From assembly GCA_050613775.1 (NCBI GenBank), contig JBODTK010000016.1, positions 930,001-994,000 of the forward strand: a stretch of DNA of 64,000 bases, in the 5' to 3' direction. The position numbers and the translations under genes are program-made. Origin of the DNA: Neocallimastix sp. 'constans'. Lineage: Eukaryota. Below are positions 1 to 11,632 of this stretch, piece after piece. How positions within the stretch are numbered: the first letter of the stretch is position 1; every line of letters starts with the position of its first letter. Below the pieces are notes generated by a model, which was not told where the DNA came from, did no database searches, and saw only the letters and a list, made by a program, of their open reading frames with translations.

Positions 1-510
1 AAAAACAAGTTAGAAACCAAAAAAAAACAAGGTAGAAACCAAAAAAAAAATAAGGTAGAAACCAGAAAAAAAAAAGGTAGAAACCAAAAAAAAATAAGGT
101 GGAAACCAAAAAAAAAAAAAAGGTAGAAACCAAAATCAAGGTAGAAACCAAAATCAAGGTAGAAACCAAAATCAAGGTAGAAACCAAAATCAAAGTAGAA
201 ACCAAAATCAAAGTAGAAACCAAAATCAAAGTAGAAACCAAAATCAAAGTAGAAACCAAAATCAAAGTAGAAACCAAAATCAAAGTAGAAACCAAAATCA
301 AAGTAGAAACCAAAATCAAGGTAGAAACCAAGATCAAAGTAGAAACCAAAATCAAAGTAGAAACCAAAATCAAAGTAGAAACCAAAATCAAAGTAGAAAC
401 CAAAATCAAAGTAGAAACCAAAATCAAGGTAGAAACCAAAATCAAGGTAGAAATTAAAAACAAGGTAGAAACTAAAAACAAGGTAGAAACTAAAAACAAG
501 GTAGAAACTG
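1..510. repeat. 18-bp tandem minisatellite (AAGGTAGAAACCAAAATC), degenerating to about 1100
   Basis: Near-perfect 18-bp units at about 120-510, with looser copies before and after; the array runs to the window edge. It explains the KVETKI ORF. Confidence 0.9.
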
Positions 511-3500
511 AAATATGTATGATATCAGTAAATCATAGAGTCTTACACATTAGATTATCCAAAAAAGGTCAGTCCTAAAAGTCCTACAAACATATGTATT
601 TCAAAAAGATATTTTTTCCAAAAAAAAAATTGTATCCAAAAACAAAGTGGAACCAAAAAAACAAGGTAGAAACCAAAAAAAAAACAAGGTAGAAACCAAA
701 AATTGTATTCCAAAAAAAGATTCATTCCAAAAAAAAAAAGATTGTATCCATAAAAATGTAGAAACTAAAAAAGTTGAAAACCATAATATATATGATAACA
801 GAAAATTATAAAGGCTGAATCCTAATAAATTGAAGTATCCAAAAAAATTTGGTCCTAAAAATCCTTAAAAAATTTTATTCCAAAAAAAAATATTTATTCC
901 TATAAAAGATTGTATCCAAAAGTTGTATCCAAAAAAAAGGTATTAACCAAAAATATTATGATCAGAAAATCATAAATAGGTCATAAATTTTTGAATAACA
1001 AAAGAATTCAATTGATATTATATCCAGAAAATCATAAATAGGTTAAAAATCTTCGAATACCAATAGAAATCAATTGATATTGTATCCATAGTATAATATG
1101 GAAGCCTATTCAATTAATTAATAACCTATATACAATATAATAATGTATAATAAATTAAAATATATTTCATGTAATTGCATAAATATATAAATTTATTTAT
1201 ATATTAAATTATGAATATTCTTTTTAAAAAACAAAAAATAAAATAAAATAAAATAATATAAAAAAACAAAAATCTTATATATAAATATATAAATCTAACA
1301 TTAAATATTTATATAATTTTTATATCAATAATTTTAAATACAATTACAAAAAAATAAATAATATATATATAATATGTTTATTTATAAAATGGATAAACAT
1401 TGGATAAACATTAAAGAATATTAAAATATAATAAAATATAATATAATAAATTACAAAAATATAAATATATATATAAAATAAATGTTCTATATGTTGTAAT
1501 ATATATAAGCAATATATCTAGGTATAATTGGTAAAATATAATTCGATATATAAATGTAGAAAATATGAATCCTATTTTCATGAAATTGTTTTTTCTTTTA
1601 TTATCCCTAAATCACAACTACTTTTAACGTTCTTCAAATATATCTTAAACCCAAAAGCCATTTTGACTATATTCGTTATTTAATTCTGTTTCTATATTTT
1701 TTTGACTCATCTTCCAACTGAACCAAGAATTTCTATTTCGATATTTATTAAATAAAATTACAAAAATATCTAATATAATATATATTATAATACTTATTAA
1801 TGGCCATTAGTATTAGTTCTCTTAAACCCTAAAGCCTTTCTAATGATACTCGTTATTCATTTTTTTTTTTTTTTTTATTTTGTCCCATCATCCATCAAAT
1901 TAACTGGAAATTCCTATTTTCCATATCAATTAGCAGAATTATAATTTCCCAAGTCAGAAAATTTTGCCTAATTATTCCATCACTTCTGAATTCACAACTT
2001 CCAACTTCAGTCTCTTTTATATTATTCTCCACGGAATTCTTGTCCACAAGATTCTTCCTATTCTTATATTAATTTCTCTTTCAACTTCATTCTTCTATCT
2101 TTTTTCAATTCTATTTGACACCATTTAAACTTTAATTTTTAATAGTTTTATCCTCACTTCCAATATTGATAACAAATATCTATTCCACTTCTAATATAAA
2201 TTAAAATAAATATAAAATAAAATATAATATAAAATAAAATATAAAATAAAATATAAGATAAAATAAAAACTAATTTATTCATGGTCTTCTATACATTAAA
2301 AAGATACAACTATTTATTTATTGGTATTTTATTCATAAAATAAGATAAAACTGATTATTTCTTGGTATTCTATTTATAAGACTGATTATTTCTTGGTCTT
2401 CTATTCATAAAAAAAAGATAAAACTAATTAATCTTCTATTTATAACTCTAATACCTACTCTTTTTTTGTTTTTTTTTTATAAAAAAAAAATAAATAAATA
2501 AAAAAGGAATTAAATAAAAATATTATTTATAATCTAAATCTTCTCATTAAAACCTCCATATTATTTATTTAATTTATAACAGATGTATTTTACTATTTTA
2601 TTAGTACATAATAAAAAATATATTATTATAAAATTTCAATAATTATGTATAATTAATATACTTCAAGAAAAATTTTAATATTATTATTATTACTATATTT
2701 TCTACTTCATTATTTAATTATATTTATTAATTTTATACTCTATATATTCTTTAATTATACATATTTAAAATTTTATCTAATCAGTATTAAATTTTTATTT
2801 TTAAATTATAAAAAGTAACAAAACATTTCATAAATTTTATAATAATAAAAGTTTTTAAATTTCAAATTTTTAATTTATTTTAATTAATTCAAGTAATTTT
2901 CTTTTAAAAATTCTAAATATTTATAATATCTTTTAACATATCTTCCAATTTAAAATTACAAATATTTTTTGACTTTTAATGATTTTCAATGTTTTATATA
3001 CTTTTTTTTTTTTTTTTTTTTATATCTGTATAGACTACTAATTAAACTAATTATTATCATTCTTTTAATAATTAAAAAATTTTTAGTAGCATTCACGTTT
3101 TTTCATCATCACCAATAAGAATGGTGATTTCATTGATTTTTAATTTAATCAATTAAACAACTTAAAAGCATGATTACTCAAATTATTTACTTTTAATTTT
3201 TAATATATAATTATAATGATACATAATAATTAATAATATTGTAAAAAATGATAATATATGTAAAATAGTTATTGATGATTAATATTGTTAATAATTAATT
3301 ATTAATTTTTCATAAAAAATAAAGACTATCACATCTTATGATTTCAGAATCTTTTGTTAATTGGTATCATAATTATTCTCTACTATAACCTCAACGTTTA
3401 AAATTGATATATCTAATTTAATTAATATATACAATTAATGAGTTATATTACATTTTAAAATCATTAATTTTTTATAAAAAAAATTATAATAATATATTTT

Positions 3501-3904
3501 TTTGTATAAAGTTTTAATATAAATTAAAGTTTTAAAGTAATTATAAAAATTTTTAATTTTATTGGTAAGTTTTTGAATTATTTATATATTAAATATATAA
3601 TATATAAAAACTTACCAATAAAATTAAAAAACTTCATAATACATTAATATATTATAAATTATATTCAAAATGAAATAAAAAATATTATATAAAGTAATTT
3701 TTTATTAAATATTAATCTATATATGATTAATATTTGATTGTAATTATTTTTTATTTTAAAAATTTAAAAAGGAACGATTTTAAAAATTTATAATAAAAAA
3801 TAATTACAAAGAAACAATTTAAATTTAAAGTATTTTTTATTATATAAATGTTTTATATATAAAAAAGATTTATATATTCAATACATAAAATTGTTTTTAT
3901 TAAT

Positions 3905-4275
3905 ATTTACTCTTTTGTACTTCTTCACTATTCCATTTTATTTTTATTAACATTTTACTCTTTTATACTTCTTCATTTTATTTATATTAATATTTTACTC
4001 TCTTATGCTTCTTCACTTTTTATTTTATTAATATCTACTCTTTTATGTTTCTTCCCTTTTTTGTTATACTTTTATTAATACTTTTATTTTTTATTCTTCT
4101 TCATTATTTTATTATATTTTATTTTTTTTATTCTTCTTCATTATTTTATTATATTTTATTTTTTTTATTCTTCTTCATTATTTTATTATATTTTATTTTT
4201 TTTTTACTTCTTTATTATTTTATTATATTTTGTTTTTATTTATGTTTTTCTCTTTTATACTTCTTCACTGTTTTA
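3905..4275. repeat. Degenerate ~35-40 bp tandem repeat (..TACTCTTTTATACTTCTTCA..)
   Basis: A CTTCTTCA / CTCTTTT motif recurs at regular spacing in T-rich sequence. Confidence 0.6.
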
Positions 4276-5274
4276 TTTTGCTTTATGTAATTTAATTTAT
4301 TTAATTTTATTCAATTCTTTCCAATAGTCGTTGATTATCTTATCTCTTTTATATAATAATATTTTTTTTTATATTCATATTCAAATAATATTCAAAATAT
4401 TTTTATTGCCATCCCAGAGGAGCTGGACCTCTCGGACAAGGCTTACGCAATGGGATTCTTAAAGTGTTAGAAATATAGAAAACATACCTACCTAAGTATC
4501 GTTTAACCCCTAATCTTTCACGCAAAACCCAGGGGGAAAAATCGTGAAGATTTGATACTTGCGTGGGTCGATCCAGAGAAATAAATATATACAAAAATAA
4601 TTTTTTTTTTTTAATTTATGTTAAAATTATTAAATAAAATATTTAAAACATTACTACTAATTGATATAACTCAATTCACTCTTAACTTTTTGGGAGAAGC
4701 GATTATATATTTTTAATACTTATTTTATTTATTTATTAATAATAATTAAAAATCAACATAACAATTACATAACATAAAAAAAATAATAAATACTAGTTTA
4801 TAATAAAGTTATTATATAATAAAATTATAATAAAATATAAAGTTTAATAAAATAAAATATTTTGTTCATAATAAAATATTATAAAATATTATTAATAAAA
4901 TAAAAGCTATTTAATATAGTAAATTTTTTATAATATACAATTAATTTCATATTTTTATGAATTCTATGTTCTAATGATATATTTACTAGCCACAATTACA
5001 ATAGTTTATTATTTTGCAATTAACATAATTTAATATAATATGTGTTTATAATAAATAAATTTTTATATTAATTAAAGTTTTTATTTGTATTCTATATCAT
5101 AATTAATAAGTAAAAATATGACACATATTTATTCAGAATATATTTAATACAAATAAATTAATAAATAAAGTTATGCAAAAATAGTTACAATTTATGTAAA
5201 AAAATGAATCATACTACTTAATTAGGTTTTATGTGTAACATAAACAATCTTATATATATTTTGCACTTTTATTA

Positions 5275-5570
5275 AAAAAAAAATAATATCATAATTGAAT
5301 AATTAAAAAAAAAATAATATCATATTTGAATAATTAAAAAAAAAATAATATCATTATAATTATAATATCATAATTGAATAATTAAAAAAAAAAAAAAATA
5401 ATAATATCATTATAATTGAATAATTAAAAAAAAATAATAATATCATTATAATTGAATAATTAAAAAAAAATAATATCATTATAATTGAATAATTAAAAAA
5501 AAAATAATATCATAATTGAATAATTAAAAAAAAAATAATATCATAATTGAATAATTAAAAAAAAATTTTA
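5275..5570. repeat. ~30-bp tandem repeat (ATAATATCATAATTGAATAATT-An)
   Basis: About 8 copies with variable A-run length. Confidence 0.85.
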
Positions 5571-6551
5571 GTCATAATAATATTATCTTTTATTTAAATT
5601 TGTCTTTCCAATTTTCATCATGGTGATTAGTACTCGAGGACTAATACATTTGAGGTTTTTTGATCGACCTTGTGCATGTCTTCTTAATTTTTATGGGATA
5701 TTTTCTCACTACCCTGGTCTTCCCTATAAATGAAGCTAGAAATTCGCTTGCCATGTTAAGTATGATTACATATTGTCTCATACTCTACTCAGGTCTTGTG
5801 ATAAAGATCTGTGTACTAAAGATGAGCAAAAAATATTACAATATATTACTTATACTAATAAATCTATTTAACTGAGAAGAACGTCACTATTCGTCAATCT
5901 TATTGAAAAGTATGGAGGTCGTCTGAATTGGCCCAAGCCATATTTGTGTACATGTGAAACGAACAGGTATGGTCAATTAACAACTATTGTGGCTGTGGTG
6001 ACCTTATATATTGAATATTATATGACTATATGCTGTACTAACAGATTATATAAATATATTAATGATATTGTGTAAAAGAAGTGCGTCATATATATATACG
6101 AGAGTCTAAAAAATAAAAAAAAAAATATTTAAATTTATCAAAACAATATAAATAATAATTTTTTAATATGATATACTATCAACATAAGTAATTTTTTAAA
6201 ATTCAAATATAAAAATTAATTTTTAATTTATTATAATTAATTAATGGATTACTATGAAAAACTTTAATGATTAATATTTTTTATTTTTTTATATAAAAAT
6301 AACAATTAAAAACAAAAATCAAAATATATTAATATTAATTATTAACATTATTAAATTGAATAAAATAAAAAATTAAAAATAAAAAATTATATACTAATTA
6401 AAAAGAGATAAAAATATATATTTACATTTAAAAAACAGTTCCTTTTTTTTTTTTTTATTTTTTTTTTAATATATTATTAAGAACTTTTTTGTAAAGATTT
6501 TAATATATTATCATATATATCTGAATAACTGATATTTAACTGTAATTAATA

Positions 6552-6633
6552 ACACTTTGATAGTGTAAAATAAAAGAAAAATAATAAAGAGAATTAAAAT
6601 TGATATATATATTTTTTATACACTTTGATAGTG
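6552..6633 (+). promoter_or_regulatory. Paired ACACTTTGATAGTG elements upstream of GH9 copy 1
   Basis: Exact 14-mer at 6552-6565 and 6620-6633, followed by a TATAAAT-like box. The same pair lies upstream of GH9 copy 2. Confidence 0.65.
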
Positions 6634-6784
6634 AAATATAAATATTTTTTGGAATTCAGAAATAATAATAAAAAAGCAAAAAAAAAAAAAAAAAGAAGAG
6701 TAAAATAAAAAAAAGTAGATAAATTAAAAAAAAAATAAAAAAATAAAATAAAAATAAATAAATAAATTTTATTCATAATAAAAA

Positions 6785-9700
6785 ATGAAATTTCAATCTG
6801 TCATAAAAGTTCTTGGAAGTTTAACTTTAATTCTTCCAACAGTTTTTGCAAAATCACAAGATTATGCTAGACATTTAGAACTTTCTCTTTTATTTTACGA
6901 AGGTTATAAATTAAAAATTATTAAATAAATTTATTTAAATAATAAATAAATAAAATAAAAATAAAATAAATTATTAATATTTTAAATATTATAATAATAA
7001 TAGCTCAGAGATCTGGTCCTTTACCAGCTAGCAACCGTATCTATTGGCGTAAAGACAGTATGACAGATGCAGGTGCTGATAATCATGTTGATTTAAATGG
7101 TGGTTGTATGTATCAATATAAAAAAATATTAAATTAATTAATGTTTTTTTTTTTTTTTTTTTATTATATATGTATTCTTAATAAATATAAAATCATTTAT
7201 AAATTTTCCATTTCTAAAGTACTATTAATAATTATTTATAATACTTTTATAAATAATAATATTTTATTTCTATTTAAGACTATGATGCTGGTGATAATGT
7301 AAAATTCAATTTCCCACAAGCAAATACAATTACCTGTATATATTAAATAAAGATATTATATAAATTTTTAGGATATATCAATTTTTAATAAAAATTAAAA
7401 TAGTATATTTTTATTGGTATTATTAATATTAAATATGATATTATTATTAATATATTAATATATATATCATTATTATAAATAAAAAAAAGTACTTGCTTTT
7501 TCTGCTTACAAATGGAAGGATGGATATAAGCAAGCTGGTAAATTCATTATTATATATAAATATATATAATAATGTTTTTTAAATATAATAATAATAATAA
7601 TAGTAATAATAATATTAATTTTTATATAATATAATTGAACAGATCAATGGGAATATATTAAGGACGCTATTAAATGGGGAACTGATTATTTCATTAAGTG
7701 TCATACTGGAAAAAATGAACTTTGTATGTACAATTTTAAACGTTATAAAATGAAGAAAGTATATATATATTTTTTTTATTCATAAGCAAAATTTTTAATA
7801 AAGTTATATTATATATAATTTGTTTTTAATGATACAGACGGTCAAGTTGGTAATGGTAGTTTAGATCATGGTGCATGGGTTGCACCAGGTAAATATTTTT
7901 TATAGTATTTAATATTATTATCTATTAATCATTATATTTATTATTGTATAAAAGAGTAATTAGTTAATTAATTTTAAATATATAAAAATTTATAAATTAT
8001 AATTATCTATAAAAAAAAAAAAAAAAAAAAAAAAGAGGATATGACTTATGCTCATCCATCTTATAAAATTGATTCTAAAAAACCGGGTTCTGATCTTGCC
8101 GGTGAAACTGCTGCTTCTTTAGTAATTTTTTTTATATATACTTTAATTTTTATAATATTTTGTTTTATTTTTCGTTTTTATATAAATTAATAATAATTAA
8201 TATATAAAAAATTATATTTTTTTACTCCAAATCCTCTAGGCTGCGGCTTATTTAGTTTTCAAAGATGATGATCCAACTTACGCTGCTACTTGTTTAAAGC
8301 ATGCTAAGGAACTTTATGAATTTGCTGATAAATATCAAGATACTTATACTACTGGTATTCCAGATGCTCAAGGTTACTACAGATCTTACAGTGGTTTCAA
8401 GGATGAATTAGTTTGGGGTGCTGCTATGTTATTATTAGCTACTGGTGATGAGTCTTATCGTGCTAAGGCTGATGCTATTTGGGACTATCCATATAATAAA
8501 AATGATCCAGATTATTTCCTTAACTCTGGAGGTCCAATTTCTTGGGATGATAAGAAAGCTTGTTCATACGCTTTAATGTATATGATTACAGGTGAAGACA
8601 AATACAAAGAACAAGCTTTCAATCACAGTGATCTTATGGTCAACTACAAAACTACTCCAGGTGGTTTATGGTTCGATACTAATCTTTCTGCTTGGGGTTC
8701 TAACCGTTATGCTAGTAACGCTGCTTATACCGTTGCTATGGTTGCTTCTACTATGGATGCCAGTGATGCTAAGCGTAAGCAATACGTTAAGTTTATTAAG
8801 AAGCAAATCGATTATATCCAAGGAGATAATCCAGCTAAGGTTGATTATGTTGTTGGTGCTGATCCAAGTTCACCAAAATCTGTTCACCACCGTGGTTCTT
8901 CTGGTACTATGAATGCTATGGCTGAACCATCTTTCAATGTTTTCCCACTTTATGGTGCTCTTGCTGGTGGTCCAGATGGTAATGATAAGTACACTGATGA
9001 TCGTAATAACTATAACTCTAATGAAGTTGCTTTAGATTATAATGCTGCTTATACTGGTCTTCTTGCTTTCTTAATTCAAGAAGGATTAAACGTTCCAGAT
9101 CCAAAACAAACCTGGCAAGGTGCTTGGCCACCAAAGGAATCCACTAACGGTCAAATTAAGTTAAAATTAAACTTTAATGGTCTTAATGAATTCGCACCAA
9201 CTGTTTCTACTACCGGTGGTTTAACCTGTGGTGGATGGTGCGTTGAAATGGATTTAACTTCTAGTGGTGCTACTCTTGATAACGTATGGGGTGGTGAATT
9301 ATTAAAGCAGGAAGGAAATAAGTTTGTTGCTTGTGCTGGTTGGGGTAAAGGTTACTTGGATGGTAAAGGTACCGAACAAAACTTCTACTTCCGTATTAAG
9401 CCAAATGGTTCAATGAAAGAACCAACTGAAGGTTTCGTTTACTGTAACGGTTACAACCGTGGTGATAAGTACTTAGTTAAGGTTAATGGTGGTGGTTCTG
9501 AACCATATGGTTGGACTAAGGGTATTTGTAAGCCAGCTCACATTTGTGATGCCAATGGTAACTACATTAAAGACTCTGGTGTTATTAACAAAAGTACCAG
9601 TGGTGGTAGTAGTCCAAAGACTAAGACTACTACTATCAAAAAGACTACTACAAAAGCTGCAGAACCAACTTCACCATCTTCTTCATGTTTCGCCACTAAA

Positions 9701-10096
9701 CTCGGTTATGGTTGCTGTACTGGTTGTGAAGTTAACTACACTGATGATGATGGTGCTTGGGGTATTGAAAATGGTAATTGGTGTGGAATTCCAGATTCAT
9801 GTAATAAAGAACCAGAACCAGAACCAGAACCAGTTAAAGATGAATGTTTCGCCACAAAGCTTGGTTATGATTGTTGTTCAGGTTGTGATGTTAACTACAC
9901 TGATGACGATGGTGCCTGGGGTATTGAAAATGGTAACTGGTGTGGAATTAAGGATTCTTGTTCATCCACTCCATCTACTAAATGTTTCTCTGAACCAGAT
10001 TATCCATGTTGTCCATCTGGTACTGCCACTGTCTATACTGATGAAAGTGGTGCCTGGGGTGTCATCAATAATGACTGGTGTGGTATTTCTGCTTAA
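6785..10096 (+). CDS. Cellulosomal glycoside hydrolase family 9 endoglucanase (Cel9A-like): signal peptide, GH9, ancillary domain, Thr-rich linker, 3 fungal dockerin (CBM10-like) domains; ~799 aa
   Basis: Exons read by hand with GT..AG introns: 6785-6902, 7004-7105, 7279-7335, 7490-7537, 7643-7723, 7838-7888, 8036-8121, 8240-10096 (2400 nt, frame intact). Motifs: [58 protein letters not shown]; three CC..C.V.YTD..G.WG.EN..WCGI repeats. Confidence 0.95.
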
Positions 10097-10429
10097 TAGT
10101 TAAATATATAAAATAAATACTAAGTAAATAAATAAATAAATAAAAATTGAAAATTAATGATCATCTATTTACTATAAACCATTTCTTTATATATATCATA
10201 ATAAATTTAAAAAAAAAAAAAAAAAAAAAAGAAAAAAAAATGTAAAAAAAATCAAATATTATATTAAATAAAATCCATAAAAAGTATAATATATATATTA
10301 AAAATTAAACTACAAGTAACTTTGATAATTTATTATAATTATTTTATTATAATTTTTATTGTATTTTTTTTAAATAAATTTTTTTATTATTATTATTATT
10401 TTTTTTTTTAAAAAAAAAAAAAAAAAATA

Positions 10430-11489
10430 ATATTAAGACTTTATCATTAACTTTTTTAAAATTTTATATTATTTTTTAAAGATAAAATTACGAATAGTAA
10501 CAAGTTCTCAAATAATAAAGTTATAATATCCCTTAGCTTAAAATATCCCCAATTCAACTTAGGTTTTTCATAGATTATAATACGTTTACGCTGTAGTTAT
10601 AAATACAATACTACTATTGCTATTAGAATGGGTAGAGTTTCAGGAGATTGTTCCTGTTGTGGCGAAGGTAATCAATCTTTTGAGCATTGAATTTGGATTT
10701 TTAAATGCAATGCTTTTACATCTTTTAGATGGTTTTCTTTAAAATTTCATCGATAATTCTCTATGTTTTGTTTGTTAGAAAGATTAGGGCGTTTAATCCT
10801 CTTTCTTCCTATGACTCTTTTTCTGATTTTGAAGATTATATTAATCATTATATATACAGTGTTCCTTTTTTGGTGGAACTTTTTAGCTTTAAATGAGCTA
10901 CATTTCAATAGAGGGGAACAGAGACAATTAAATGAACTACTTTTCAACGGTTCATTTGAGTCACCTGTTCCAAAAATTGTGGGCTTGGCGGAATTCTTAA
11001 CAAGAGCAATACCTATCATAAGTAGTTTGTTTTAAGCTATTATTTGATAGGTATTGTAAAAATATCAAACTTAACCAAGAGCGTCAACGTCGTACTGATA
11101 AGGCATAATGATAATACAGGATCATCATCTGTATCTTCAAAGGGTGAATCTCGCCTTTAGTAGTTCAATTAATAATGATGATGAATCCGGGGAGAGTTTA
11201 GTGGACACCACACTTTCTATTTTAAAAATATTACTTCTAGGTTTTATTATTATTAATATTATTATTTTTATTTTTATTTGTTAGAAAGGGAGAATTCCCG
11301 CATAGTCCAACTTGCCGAAATACATAGTATGTTTTAAGCTTTTTTATTTTTTATTTTTTTTTTTTTTTTTTAACTTTTACATTTATTTTTAGTTTCAAAT
11401 GTCCTTTTTTATCTATATGTTTTTTTTTTTATAATAAAATTAATAAAATTTATGGAAATGTATTCTCTTCCCTGTCTAAAAAAAAAAAA
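10430..11489 (+). mobile_element. 5'-truncated, decayed non-LTR retrotransposon (LINE) 3' end with poly(A)
   Basis: Degenerate ORF2 C-terminus with a C..C...H....C zinc motif at about 10650-10710. The 3' UTR ends CTCTTCCCTGTCT-An and is highly similar to 58281-58835. Confidence 0.8.
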
Positions 11490-11597
11490 GTTCCACCTCT
11501 AATATCACTATTTATAATATGTCAAAGTATTTAAATTTATCTCTAATATATTATCTTTTTTTTTTGTGTGTGTGTGTAAAGGTGAAGATAGTTTTGT

Positions 11598-11630
<33 letters not shown>

Positions 11631-11632
<2 letters not shown>

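Noticed and set aside
99..578. 159-aa KVETKI-repeat ORF
   Set aside because: It is the translation of an 18-bp minisatellite with a GTG start; flanking units vary by non-triplet A-run lengths.
4500..4516. TAACCCCTAA as a telomerase RNA template; TTAGGGTTAGG at ~45501 as telomeric sequence
   Set aside because: Both are too short to distinguish from chance, and there is no supporting array or recognisable telomerase RNA architecture.
8592..10103. Overlapping alternative-frame ORFs in both GH9 genes (8592-8912, 9486-10103, 54190-54510, 55195-55692)
   Set aside because: Shadow frames caused by strong T-ending codon bias; their conservation follows from the near-identity of the paralogs.
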